Translations under genes and position numbers: made by a program | Notes under the pieces: model-generated | What the model was told of the DNA's origin: nothing | Database searches by the model: none | The model's input: the letters and a program-made list of their open reading frames with translations, nothing else | Shown here: piece by piece, positions 14,573-28,289 of the stretch | How the letters are laid out: each line of letters opens with the position of its first letter | Position numbering within the stretch: the stretch's first letter is position 1 | Source of the DNA: Takakia lepidozioides | Taxonomy: Eukaryota; Plantae; Bryophyta | DNA: 64,000 nucleotides | Reading direction: 5' to 3' | NCBI GenBank assembly: GCA_030704615.1 | Contig: CM060732.1 | Location: 17,298,001-17,362,000, forward strand

Positions 14573-14906
14573 CTGTTACAGCAGAGACCATCCCTGGTGT
14601 GTTCATTGGTCCATCCTTTCCTTCCCTCCCCCTCCTCTCTTTCCCCTCTTTTCCTCTCTTTTCGAATCATAGTTAATCTGGAGCTTGAAATCCGGCCCTT
14701 TTGGATGAATATGGACCCACACTCGATTCCTGCTCCTTCAGCTATCCATGCCTGTGCTTGCAAGGTGAACGATGGCGGAAAACACAGAGCTCCTACAGTT
14801 CAAGAAAATCAAGATCCGGGCATTGCGGGTAGTTCCAAAAACGTTGGCGCGACGATTTCTATTGGCCTATTTCGCGCGGGCCGTCCGGGCAGATTCCAAA
14901 GAAATT

Positions 14907-15012
14907 GACGACGACGATGACGTGGCTACGATGACGTGTCTACGATGACGTGTCTACGATGACCTGGCTACGATGACATGGCGACGAAACGTGGCGACGA
15001 TGACGTGGCACT
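14907..15012. repeat. 14-bp tandem repeat acgatgacgtg(g/t)ct
   Basis: About 7 imperfect units, most containing TGACGTG. Confidence 0.8.
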
Positions 15013-17329
15013 ATGGCACCCTATTCCTGCTCTACGCTAAACTAGCTTTCGACCTTCGGTCGTCGCTAGAATTTTTTTTTCATTTAGACGCATTCATTAA
15101 CCATAAATGCACAGTTGAGTATGATAAAATTTCAAAAAAAATATTTATGAATTGATATTATCGTAATTTGAAAATCTTGGTTTTAACAGTCAATAATAGA
15201 CGGTCAAGATTGTCAGTTGAAGCAAATCCGATGGATGAGGATTCGCCACATCCTCCTTTATGTACTCTTTATGTACTCATGATCTGCCGTTTTTGGTCCA
15301 CTCTAGTTTGCAATCACCCTCATAAATCTGGCCTCGTTGTTGGTTGGGGCAAAATTGTTGGGATGTATGGCAAATGTGGCTTCTTGCCAAGTGGATATTA
15401 CAGCCTTTAACTTGATCATGTTGCTGAGGCAGACCACCCCCTACCGTCGAGCAACATGGAGGCTTTCAAGAATAACTGAGTACAAAGTTTTGTTGTGCAG
15501 CTAGGTCCAGTACTACTATATCAACCTCATGTGAAGCCAAGAACAACAAATCATTATGAGGGAGGTTGCCATGAGGGAGGTTGCCATATCCATAGAATCC
15601 CTGCTTAAAGTCAAGTCATAAAGTACGAAGTTTTGTTGTGCAGCTAGGTCCAGTAATATGAACCTCATGTCAAGACAAAAACAAGAAATCACCGAGATAT
15701 CTTCACATTCATGTACTTGTAGTTCCATAGAATGGTGGTGCCCATTTGACTTTGCTATGTAGGTAGAGTTATGGCAGGTCGGGGCTGGCTTGATCAGGGG
15801 TGGCCCCCTATTTCCAATCTTGTGACATTTTGAATGTCTGTTGGGGTTTTTTTCCCCTCTTTTTCTTGAGTAAAATGGTCATTGTCCCCTTTCTTTAAAA
15901 AAAAAACAAAAAAATGCACTTGCGTTGCATTTGTATTATACACTTTCTTGTTTCCGCAATGTATTTTCGATGCAGTGCAGCGAATGAAACCAATATCATT
16001 TTCCCAAAAAAAACAAACTTACATATATATATAACAAAAAATGTCTCGCTAATTCACTGATTATATATATTAAATATTATTCACTAATTAACTGATTCTT
16101 TATATATATAATATATAGACCATAGTGAAATATACATACTAAAGCACTAGTTTTTTCACTGATTCATGGTAAAACCCTATACTAAACTTCATTACATACA
16201 GTCAATTATTTTCACTAAATACAGGCATAATATAATAGAACCTGTAAACCATACTACTGTAAAGCACCATCACTGACATATATAATACTTCTCCTTACTA
16301 CATACCGTAACCTTCCAACAAGAACAATAAATAATTTCACTATATATTCACCCCAAAATCAGTTGACCTACTTTCCTGTAGTTAAACAACTTTACTCCAC
16401 GTCATACATCCTCCAAGCTCGGGTGGGTCCCATCGTTTTACTGTCACATCTCACTATCAGAACCTGTTAGACCACTTTGACTACTTGACTTCAAACGACT
16501 CGACCATTGTCACTACGTGTCAGATCAGTTTTACAATAAAAGAGGGTGACAATAAAAGTGTCACAAACAACTAAAAAACGAATCAAATAGAGAGTCAAGA
16601 AACCCACTTTCTGTTGTAGTGTCCACCAAGCGGCCAATATCCTCGGCCGCCTTCATGCTCCGCCTTGTAGATCGAATACAAATCTCTAGTTTTGCTGCCA
16701 TAACGGCTCGACATCCACTAGTCACACATAAAAGGTCGCTTGTATTGAACCTAACAATCTGGTTGATATGACATCAACTTCCGTAACCAAGCAATGGCCG
16801 TACTATAATCGCCGCTCCCTCTTAATCACTTAACAACGTTCCATCTAACTAAAGAGTACGTAATCTCTACAACCCTTCAATCACATCATGATTTTTCTTT
16901 CATCTTCACATAAAAAAAACCACAAGTGCTAACAACTAAACTCACATCTGGCACTCACAGATGCAAGCTGATCTCTCTCAAGTAACAAGTCCTCTCATAA
17001 AATCTATCACTCATAAGCATAAATCAAGCCTAGCGCACCCTAGGCCATCGGCACTTCACGCTACTTGCGTCACACTCATGCACACCTGCTGCAAACTCAC
17101 CGCCGTGAGGCTCAACACGAGAGAGATGAGCCTCACACGATGAGCGTGAGGTGTCAAGATTAATCTTGGCACCTCTTTTGTCACTTGGCCAAGTCTAGGT
17201 GTTAACAATATTAGTTAGAAAATATTTAGCTACTTTCACACTAAAATTTAACTAGCCTGACACCATATTTAGTACATTTTTGCTCAAAAAACCCCTAAAA
17301 GTTTGGAAGTTGGCACTTCAATAGACAAA

Positions 17330-18310
17330 ACTCTAGTGAAGGGTTCTGGAAAACAAAGACAGAACAATCAGTCCACAGGTTAGCCAAATATATATTACAC
17401 ACTCCACTGAGGCTAATCCCTTGCCATTGTACTTGGCAAAGCAAACTATTGAGTCCTACAAATTAACTCATGTGACAGTCACAAACTACCATCTTTGGAA
17501 ATTAATAATTCTTGGTAGACATATCCTTCTTCTATGATCTAAGTTGTCTTTTTCTTAGTTATCATGACTCTGCTAAGCCCATTTAGATTTCAAGAAAAAA
17601 AACCCAAAGTGAATAAACTGCAACTGATCAAAAAGACAAACAATTACAAAAGTAATAGCCATTTGTTTAAAAGCCTTCGTATTTTACAAGGAATCTACAT
17701 GTACATGACTGTCTACGTCAGACAGAACCTACTAGGAGTCAAGAAAAAACACTATGGCTAGATAGATTCGGATTTGGTCCTTCAATCCACAATTCTCCAG
17801 CAACATACACAATGCCACATCTTTTACCTTTTTTCGCTTTAAAAACCCTTAAAAGCTCGGTACTTCAATATACAAGATTCTAGTGAAAGGTTTGGAAAAA
17901 CAAACACAGAACAATCAGTCCACATGTTAGCCAAAGATACATTACACATTCCAGTTAGGCTAATCCCTTGCCGTTGTACTTGGCAAATCAAACTATTGAG
18001 TCTTGCAAAATAATTCATGTGACAGTCACAAACTAGCATATTTGGAAATTAACTTCTCTTGGTAATCATATCCTTCTTCTGCAATCTAAGTTTTCAATTC
18101 TTTAATTATCATGACTCTGGTTGCCCATTTAGATTTCACGAAGAAAAAACCCAAAGTGAATAAACTACAACTAATCGAAAAGACAAAAAGTTATAATAGT
18201 ACTATCCATTGGTTTAAAAGCCTTTGTATTTTAAGGAGTCTGCATGTATAAGACCTACTACGTCAGGTAGAACCTCATAGCAGCCGATAATAACCACTAT
18301 GGTCAGGAAC
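17330..18310. repeat. Tandem duplication, unit about 550 bp
   Basis: 17331 ctctagtgaagggttctggaaaacaaagacagaacaatcagtccac.. is colinear with 17879 tctagtgaaaggtttggaaaaacaaacacagaacaatcagtccac.. over more than 400 bp. Confidence 0.8.
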
Positions 18311-20620
18311 ATAAATGCTTAAAACAGATAAGAGGTGGAGAAAAATGGAAGGGTATAGGCACATTAAAAAATAGTGCATACTATTTTCCGAAAATTGCGA
18401 CTCTCCGTCATTGGACCCCAGTACCATGTATTCATCCCCATCATTGTTCCCGATAATTCAAAAAAATTGTTATTTCGTGGAGCAACAATTGCTAAATCAT
18501 GTGTTGCAAGAAATAGGCTTTGTTGTGGGAGAGTGAATATTATACATAGGAAGCTCGCAGACAACGTAGTTTGTACACCCCTAGGAACAAGCTTTACCTC
18601 TTACAAAGGGAAAAAAAATCAATATGATTAAATCTTTATAAGTTGCTTAGGGCTTTGAACGTAATTCCTCAAGCTGCTATTACATTCAGGCTATCAAGGG
18701 TTTAAATCTTAAATCTTATGATTAAATCTTATCTCATTCTCGAAAATTTAGTGTTTTCCATTAAAATTGATTGCAGCTTGTGGAAAGAATGGCAAACTAG
18801 TTGTCCATGTGCAACATTTTTCTCTTAAGCCATAGAAAACTCTTATGTAGATGGGAGGGTAGAGAAAACAATGATGGAAATAAGGACGAAAACAATAACC
18901 TTAGAAGCCATGATATGGGATGAGCCCTCCCCATAAGTAGTTGAGTTATGCAGTTCAGTAAAAACTCAGATTGTAATTAGAAATTCCTCCTCTATGAATT
19001 GAAATGAAATGTTGCTTTCGATACTATCTCAGTCAGGCTATCTATTAATTTTCTCCACACTTCTTTATAGTTTCACAGAGATGCTAATTGTGTAATTCAT
19101 AAACTGGAAATATTTATTTAAATAGTTGAAGATTTGATCACCCATTTATAAACACCAACTTTTAGATCTACTAAAAATTATAATTTTTATGTAAATTATC
19201 ACACATAACTTCTTTCTGGAAATCATAAATATAAACTAAAATAATCAATTATCTTCTGAAAGGAAAACTTACTCTTTAAAATCTAGCATGATCATGTTAT
19301 AATTCAAGCATACTAAAGTGATTTTGTTTATAACTTCGTATTCATGTTTTCTAGTCTATCATCATAGGGAATGGACAATCATCTTTCTCCGTACAATGCG
19401 ATTGTCTCTGATGGTCATCTCTTCTCTATTGTTATAATTTGTCAATCCAAAACGTCTGAATGCCCTCACCAATCCAAGATTCTCTCTTTGACTTTCTTGC
19501 ACAAACTTGCCGCATCCCACCCGCATTTCTTTCTTCAATTGCCTCACTAGCTTATTGTGAGCAACCTCCCCTGGCGTGAGTTGATGAGACCATTGTACCA
19601 TTTCCAAAAAATCATTTTCCCTTACTTCCCCTGGGCTTCTTAAATCATCTCTCTTACTCCCATCTCCCAAAATCTCATCAACTCTCAAAATCATTGCACC
19701 ATTATCACTTTTTATATCAATAAAATTCTCTCTCTCCCTCACAAATCTTGAAACCTTCCTAAATTTCAAACTATCTATCTCTTTGACAAACTTTGGACTC
19801 TCCACCATCTTCAAAAATCCCAAGCCCCCTCTTTTCTCTTTGACTTGCAAATTGTCCAATCTCACAAACCTTGAGTTGGAATCTTTGTTATATTGGCTCG
19901 ACATGTTTTCCAAGGGGAGACAAGATCTTGCTGTTGTCCTAGTTTTCACACCAAGCTTACACGAAGGACATGGACCATTATTTCCCACCTTAACCACCCC
20001 TCCCAAAAAACAAGTAAGTGGCTCATGCGACACAACCAAATGTACAAACATAATAATATTAACAACGAAAATACCAAACTGTTCATCATTATTTGTGTGG
20101 TTAAATCACAGAAATTGTAGTTTTTTGGGTTCAAATCTACATTTGAGGTTACTCCAAGTGATCTCCCCTAACTTGATGGTCATTGCCGCTAGCCACATTA
20201 GCCTTGTGGCTTTAGGGGGTAAGAAAAATTTATAGAAAAAATTTAGTCTATTGCGATAAATAATCGGTGAAACTATCACCACATTCTAAAAATAATTCGC
20301 ATGATGTACATTATAATTCTTGATAATATATATTTATATTATTGAGGATACCTATATAATTGTGTTATACATGGATCTAGATTTCGCATCTGTTGTATTT
20401 TGAAAATGGACATGCCACAATCGTAGAGGTCAGTTTAATGATTGCACAATGATTGAATTCTTCATCCAATGGCTCACATTTAATTTGAACCCAAGGTAGT
20501 GCCACATTTTATATTATTGATATTAGTGACGAGAGTACCTGAAAAAAAATTGAAAATCAATGAAGAGAGAGACTTCCCGGGCATGTTTGCAAGCTTTGAT
20601 TGAATGCACTAGTTATAGGT

Positions 20621-20940
20621 GTGTGAAGCCTTAAAACAAGCCTGAAGCATATACTCCTTTCCTCTCAAGAAGCAAGGTTTCACAACAAAGGGGCGAGCGG
20701 GAAGAGCAGGCAACGCGCGAGAGAGGAGGAGGAAACACACAGATCTGACACAAAGCAGCTCTCATCCAAAGCTTGTACACCAATTTCGCATATACACCAA
20801 CACCCGAGTACACCGCCCTGACCTTGTGTCAGGGCGTCGTCTTTATACAAAAAACCTAGCTTCAGTTGTCTGCCGCGTGGCGAGGCGTCACAAGCCAAAA
20901 CCCACGGCGCCGTTCTATCACCAAGTTAGAATACTTGACA
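20621..20940 (-). mobile_element. Probable LTR of a Ty3/gypsy element
   Basis: Minus strand begins TGTCAAG just downstream of the integrase fragment and ends ..ggcttcaca (TG...CA); no partner LTR in the window. Confidence 0.45.
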
Positions 20941-20969
20941 CGCTTGTTAAAATTACAGGCCTGGGTTAG

Positions 20970-21240
20970 CTAAGCCTTACCAATGTTCGTTTTGGCATCA
21001 TGGATAGATACCGCATGCCGAGCATGCAGATCCTCAACAAAGGTATCAAGATCAACCGGATCAGCAACAGTAGAGATAAGAGGGGTGGAATGCAAATGAG
21101 AAACACACTTGCGACCATACAACAACTCAAAAGGAGTTTTCTTGGTGCTAGCATGCACGGCGGTGCGATAAGCAAAGAGAACAGGGGGAAGAAATGTATC
21201 CCACTCCCTGGTAAGTGCGCGATTCTTCTCCAACATTCGG
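20970..21240 (-). pseudogene. Ty3/gypsy integrase C-terminal fragment
   Basis: WDTFLPPVLFAYRTAVHASTKKTPFELLYGR motif. Confidence 0.85.
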
Positions 21241-21369
21241 CAAAGAGTTTGCTTGAAGCGTTTCGTAAGGCCATTGGTCTGGGGCTGGTATGGGGCTGTG
21301 GTGGAATGCTTAACACCGAACTTCGGGGGTTGCTACACCGTGAGCCTGGAGGCATGAGCCTGTGAGCCC

Positions 21370-23595
21370 AGGAACCCGACCGCCATTACTGGTGGTCGCT
21401 TGTGTATTTTTAATTTCAGAAAATGTTGCGACTGCCAATAATGGTGGTCGCTTATATTTTTTTGTTTTTTTTAATAGAGCGACCGTCGTTACTGGCGGTC
21501 GCTTATATTTTTTTTTGTTTTTTTTAAATGTAGCGACCGCCATGGTGGCGGTCGCTTCTAGAAGGTGTACCTTACGCGTGGACCGAGGAATGAGAGGGAG
21601 GGGCAGATAAGCCAAGGGAAGGTCATTCTCCCCTCACTTCCTCTCCACACAACTTATGTGCGACCACCATTATTGACGGTCGGTTTTATTTTTTATTTTT
21701 TTTAATAGAGCGACCGCCATTACTGGGGTCGCTTGTATATTTTTATTTTCTGAAAATGTTGCGACTGCCAGTAATGGCGGTCGCTTTTGTTTTTTTTTGG
21801 TTTTTTTAATAGAGCGACCATCGTTACTGTCGGTCGTTTTTATTGTTTAATTTTTTAAATAGAGCGACCGCTAGTAATGGCGGTCGTTTTTTTGTTATTT
21901 TTTTTAAATGTAGTGACCGCCACCACTAGAAGGTGTGCCTTACGCGTGGACAGAGGAATGAGAGGGGGGATGGGGCAGATAAGCCCAAGGAGGCTCATTC
22001 TCCCCCTCACTTCCACTCCACACAACTTTTATGCGACCGCCATTATTGGCGGTCGCTTTTGTTTTTTATTTACTTTTTAATATAGCGACAGCCATTCTTG
22101 GCGGTCGCTTGCATATTTTTAATTTCTGAAAATGCTGCGACCGCCATTATTGGTGGTCGCTTGTATATTTTTAATTTCAGATAATGTTGCGACTGCCAGT
22201 AATGGCGATCGTTTTTTTTTTTTTTTTTTTTTTTTTAATAGAGCGACCGTCGTTACTGGCGGTCGTTTTTATTGTTTAATTTTTTAAATTAGAGCGACCG
22301 TCATTACTAGCGGTCGCTTTTTTGTTATTTATTTTAAATATAACGACGGCCATAGGATGGTCGCTTCACTTTTTTTTTTAACTTAACAGAGCGACCGCCG
22401 TAGTGGCGGTCGCTTCATTTTTTTTTTAAACAAATTTTAAAATTTAAAAAAAAAATATAAACGAGCGACCGCCAAATTGGCGATCGCTTCAGTTTCTTAA
22501 AAAGTGAAGAAAAGCGACCGCCGTATGACGGTCGCTTCAGTTTTTTTTTTTTTTTTTCCAATAAATATATATATATTATATATAATCTTTTGAAGGAGCG
22601 ACCGCCGTATTGGCGGTCGCTTCAGTTTTCTTAAAAGCAAAAAAGAGCGACCGCCATCGGGCGGTCGCATCATTTTTTTTCGAAATAAAAAACTTTATTT
22701 TATTTTATTTAATGTTTAAAAGAATTAAAGGATCGACCACTGTATTGGCGGTCGCTTCACTTTCTTAAAAAAAAGAGAGAGAAGAGCGACGCTGTATGGC
22801 GGTCGCTGCATATATTTATAAGAAAAAAATTTATTTTTAATTTATATATATATATATATATTTTTAAAAAAACCCTTAAAGGAGCGACCGCCGTATTGGC
22901 GGTCGCTTCAGTTTTTTAAAAAGCGAAAAAGAGCGACCTCCATATGGCGGTCGCTTCATTTTTAAAATAAATAAACGAAAATGAGCGACCACCGTAGTGG
23001 CGGTCGCTTCTTTTTAAAAATAAAATAAAAATACGACCGCCGTATTGGCGGTCGCTTCATTATTTTAAATAAACAAAAAAGAGCGACCGCCATATTGCTG
23101 GTTGCTTCATATATTTTCTTACAAAAAGAGCGACTGATGTAGTTGCAGTCGTTTCATTTAAATTTCTTAAAAAAAAGAGCCACTGCCGCTAAATGGCGGC
23201 CGCTAAATTGAAAAAAAACAAAACGAGCGACCGCCATTTGGCGGTCGCTGCATTTTCTTAAAAAAAATTAAAGAAGCGACGGTTTGGCGGTCGCTTCATT
23301 TTAGAATCAAAATAAAAATATGCGACGGCCGGCGAATGGCGGTCGCTGTGTTTTTTAAACTGCGAGCAACTGCCAATCTGGGCAGTCGCTTATTTTTTAT
23401 AACTAATAATTTTCAAGCGACCCCCAATATAGGCCGTCGTTTAATTTAAAATATAATAAATTGTAAGCTACCGCCAATATGGGCGGTCGCTCCATTTAAA
23501 ACTTCATAAATTGCCGACAACCGCCAATATAGGCGGTCGCTTAATTTAATAAAATATTAAATTACAAGCGACCGCCAATATGGGTGGTCGCTTGA
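21370..23595. repeat. Array of GC-rich hairpins AGCGACCGCC-N4-7-GGCGGTCGCT in A/T-rich spacers
   Basis: Dozens of copies; also an internal direct repeat of about 100 bp at 21560-21660 and 21928-22030. Confidence 0.85.
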
Positions 23596-23889
23596 TTTAA
23601 ATAATAATAACTTTTAAACGTATTTTTTCAAATAAATTAATAAATTTCAATAATTGACCACGTCTGTTTTATACCGTGGCTGTCATGTCATTACAAAGGG
23701 TAGAAGTAAATCCTAAAAATCAAATATAAAAAATACTTGGGTAAACGTCCGGATTCGACGTGACGTGACGTCTGACGTGTCTGGGCCACGTCACGATAGA
23801 AATGATAACTAGGCATTCTGCGGGATGGCTGGGATGAAATGAATGTATGCGATTTGACTTGACACAAGCGAATGCACTTTTGGCAGGTT

Positions 23890-24625
23890 TCCCCGCAGAT
23901 GTCTGAAAAGTAGTTTGCGGCACCCACACACGTTTTGTTTTTTTTGTTCCCACAAAGATGCCCTGAAAGTAGTGTGCGGCACCGCACACTCCTTTTGGGG
24001 CATCTGCGGTGCACGTTTTCTCTGCAGCTGCCCACCCCACACATTTATTTATTTATTTTTTCGTTCCCATGCAGATGCCCTGAAAACAGTGTGGGGCACC
24101 GCCTACTGTTTTCAGGGCATCTGCGGAGCACATTTTCTCTGCAGATGCCCATCGCACACAAGGTTTTTTTTTTTTTTTTTTCATTTTCATTTTCATTTTC
24201 ATTTTTCCGTTCCTTCGCTGATGCCTGGAAAACAGTGTGCAGTGCCGCACACTATTTCCAGGGCTTATGCGGAGCACGTTTTCGGTGCAGATGGCCATCC
24301 CACATGAGTTTTTTTTTTTTTTCGTTTTTTCGTTTTATCATTCCCTCGCAGCTGCCCGGAAAACAGTGTGCGGCACCGCACATTGTTTCCAGGGCTTCTG
24401 CGGAGCACGTTTTCTGTGCAGATGGCCATCCCACATGAGTTTCTTTTTTCTTTCCTTTTTTTTCATTTTTTCGTTTTTTCGTTCCCTCGTAGCTGCCCGG
24501 AAAACAGTGTGCGGCACCACACACTGTTTCTAGGGTTTCTGCGGAGTACGTTTTCTGTGCAGATAGCCATCCCACAGGAGTTTTTTTTTTTCTCTCAGCT
24601 ACCCGGAAAATAGTGTGCGGCATAC
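23890..24625. repeat. Array of about 120-bp units with palindrome AAACAGTGTGCGGCACCGCACACTGTTT
   Basis: About 6 units separated by poly(T) tracts; flanked by CCACGTCA/TGACGTG clusters at 23655-23795 and 24710-24785. Confidence 0.8.
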
Positions 24626-25962
24626 TGTAAATGCGTATTCCCACGGTTATAGGTCCCTCGAGTATAAGTATCTTATCTTTCGCCAAATTTGTTATGACAT
24701 CTGCTGACATGGCGGACGCTCACGCTTACGTGGCGTGAACGCCACGTCATGCAGAGGGAGCCTGGACTCACGCCACGTCAGCCAAGCATGAGCTCAGCTC
24801 CCAGGCTCACGGGGCTGGGCTCACGCCGTAGCTACGCTAAGAGACTTCTAGTATAGCCAAGGGTGCATTGAAGTTTGAAAGAAATCCAGGCATATACGAG
24901 AGATACTACAGAAGAGAGTTTTGGTTATTGCCTCATTAAAGATATGAAAGACATGGGACATGAGTGATGAAAGAGAAGCTAGACTCCACAGATATTCAGC
25001 GAAAAGAGAAAGTTATTTGAAAGCTAATTATCCATATCTTTGGAGAGGGGAATAGACATAGGGGAATCATCTGGACCTCTCACACCATCAAGATCAAAGA
25101 GTTCATCACCCATACCGGAGGAACCAGAGTTGGATGCCACTCCTTCTTATTATTTACAAGAAAGATTAAGGGATTTAGTACAGGTGGTTGTGGTTGAATT
25201 TCCACCAGGTGCTGGCCCCTGAGCACTTCCTGCTACTGGCCCCCCTATATTTGCAGTACCCCCAACACCAGTTGAACTACTTCCCACACTCCCTGTCCCC
25301 CCAGAGCCAGATCCAAGCTGCCCGCCTGATCCCCCTGAGCCGACATCTGTGTTGGCCTGGGATCCAAGTGCTACACTTGGTCCAGGTGCAACAGGTTGGG
25401 ATGTACTGGTTGTAGTCTCAACCTCAACTGTTGGGTCTACGTCTTCATACCCTTCGTCTTCCAAGTTCTTCTCATTGTTTTCATCTTCCAAGTTCTTATC
25501 TTGGATTTCTTCTTCCTCACTCATATAACTCAACTGAAGTGGTGTTGGAGTGTCTGAACTCTCCGATGGCCCTTCTTCATCCTCCTCCCTATCGTTATAA
25601 GCTGGTGTATCAGAAACTGGTGTTCCTGCTCTGGGTGTACTGTGCCAACTTTGACCATTACCATATACCCATACAGCAAACAGGTCTGGAAAGCTGTTCT
25701 TAGTGTAAGTTTGATCCACAAGATATCCTTGGGAATCCAATTCTTTACTAGTACAAGCTCTTGATGCATATGAGTAAACACATTCACTTTCCGTTCATCC
25801 CAGCCTTCAAACTCCACTCGTTTAATGGATAGCAATGCTATCACATAAACCAGTGTTGGTAACCACTAATCCACAGTGGGGATTAGAGAAAGGAGTGATA
25901 AAGATTAATCAAGTGGCCTGTAGAGGGAGAGTTTCATTTTTAGCAATAGCGACTGTACTTAC

Positions 25963-28288
25963 TGCTCCTGACATTGGATCGGAAATGGCAGACAAGGTGG
26001 TTGTCGATCTGGAATGCATCAGAGAGTATAAGGACCATGTGCTCTTTTCCACTCGAAGTTTCCAACCCTGCCGTGGATGTCTGGCTCAACCGCATGACTT
26101 TGTGGTTCCAGGTAATTCAAGGTACTTCCCCCCATTTCCTTTGTTGGCATGAATTCCATGAACGGCTCTGTGACAATGCATGTTGTAAACGCAGGTAAAG
26201 CAAATGCGAAGGAGCAAGTCATACTCCATACAAATTCGTTCGACTTGTACGTAAAATGGGAGGGAACACAGACATTGGAAGAGTACGTGACACGTTTCAG
26301 ATGTGCGTACATGGACTCCCTCTTCGCCAAGGAGCTGCAGACAGCAAGAAGGAGCATGGAGTTCACACATCAGGAGGGGGCGGGAAAAGCAACAATACGA
26401 ATTGTTTACAGGTAAACCACAACTCCCGTTGTATGCAAAACCTAGGATATGAGGTGTGCCTGGGAAATTCGGCACCGCATTCGCACTTTCTGTTTTGGGT
26501 TGCACTCTGCGAATACATTGTTCAAAACCTGTACTTACGCATGTGGACTGTGTTGCAAGTACATGAAATACGTGCTACTTAAGACAACCCTCGTTTTTCA
26601 TGGCTTGGACGTTCCGGGCGCAAGCTGTGACAGAGATGCAGCCTGCCTCACATCTCGCTAGATGCCCCTGGTACCTGGACATGTTTGGCGGACTTGTTGA
26701 CGAATCGGTGAAAGAGCTGCACGCGAAAGCGGAAAAGAAGAGAAGGGAAAGACGTATCATTGGTGGGCTTGAAAAGGCAAAGGACACTGCTGCTTTGGAA
26801 GAATCCAGAAAGGCAGCTGAGATGGCACAAAAGACAGTGGATGCGGCTGTGTAGGCTCAATAGAAGGGGTCGAAGAAGAGGACCCGCCAGCAAGGAGCAA
26901 CAGTTGTGACACCCAAGAAGACAAAGAAGCAGAAACAGAAAGAGCAGGAAGAGGGTGAAGAAGAGGGCAAAGATGGAAACTTTGCAACCAGCCCACCCGG
27001 AGAAACCCAACATAAATCCCTTGCGGCCGCCGTTGTTACAAAAGGGACGAGAACAGGCTCAGCAAAGAAGGCACTCTTCAACCCCCCGGGGGGGGGCACC
27101 CGTTCGAGCCAGTGGAAATGAAGAGGCCGAAAGTGGAGCCAGAAACAATAGTAGAGTATGAGGATGAGAGTTTTTTGGCGGCTTTGGATAGGCGGGCAGC
27201 CAAGTTGGCATACATCAAGTCCATGGAGGGGCTGAAAGGCAAAGCACTAAAGAAGGCGGCTGCAGAAGAGCCTTCCGACACCCCTAGGTTTCTAAAGATG
27301 GTGGAGTTCTTTGAGAGGGTGTGTGCAGGGAAGGATTGCAGGAGGGTGGAAAACAGACCGAATGGTCTTGCAATATGATCATCTTGGATATTCCGGATGG
27401 AGAGCCTATGGAAGGACTGCATGCTCTGCCGTCTTGGAACAGGTACTCCGAGGACTTTTGGAAAAAAAGATTCGAGCTCGCCCACATGGTGTTGGACGAC
27501 AGAGGGTGTGTGGTTGTCCTAGCCAGCAGAGGCAAAAACACAGAGGCAGGAATTACAAAGTGGACCCGCAAGAGTGTTGTCCCAATTCTGAAGAAGAAGT
27601 GGACGTGCATCAACACATTGGGCTTCCGCTCGGAAGGGAAGATGGTAATTACCACATTGGCAACCCTGCTTGCATTTTTTAAGCCGATTTCAAATGCGGT
27701 GCCGAATTCAAATTCTGACCGTTCTCCACTGTGTTTGCAGACGAAGCAGTTCGGTGCATACTGCTTTGTGAAGGAGAACTCGATCTTTGCCTTTCGGAAG
27801 GATGGATTGTTGGTTGACCCGAACTGCGACCCCATCGATTACGACGTCTTGTTCAACAACGTTCCCACGGAACTCTTCCCTCATAGCCTCACTTCAATGG
27901 ATCCCCTGCGGTATTCACGGACTCGGAGCCCTGCCTTCGTCCAGACCATTATGGAGACATGCACTGAGCTAGAGGGCAGAGTGTTGGACCTCATCTGTGG
28001 AACATGTATGCAAATTTTGCTACTACTATGTTTTCTGAATTTTCATTCTGTTCGGAGTCTTCATTTTTGAAGGGCCATGTGTGCATAATGAGTGGATGCC
28101 CTTGTGTCAGGTGCCTCAATGTGGGTTGCCCGGTTTTCCGACCGGCACGTCTTTGCTTACGAGGAGGACACATCTGTGTGGGGATCCCATCTGGAAGGGC
28201 TTCAACGACTGCCGCCAAAGGCTGCCATCGCAGCCACTGACTCCTCGGAGGAAGAGACAGTGGACATTGATGCTGAGGAGAACCCGGG
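25963..28288 (+). pseudogene. 3' part of the ParB-methyltransferase cargo gene (subfamily 2), including the complete beta-class amino-MTase fold
   Basis: Colinear with 44283-46755. CNMIILDIPDG (motif IV position, 27370-27401), LDDRGCVVV, RSPAFVQTIMETCTELEGRVLDLICGT (motifs X/I), next exon GASMWVARFSDRHVFAYEED. GT-AG introns. Confidence 0.75.
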
Positions 28289-28289
28289 A

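Noticed and set aside
19362-20051. 229-aa ORF as a gene
   Set aside because: No recognisable motif; probably decayed repeat-derived sequence.
25040-25960. Acidic/Gly-Ser-rich ORFs as a host gene or gag
   Set aside because: Low complexity and no diagnostic motif; possibly retroelement-derived but unsupported. The same applies to 46950-47330 and 7876-8229.
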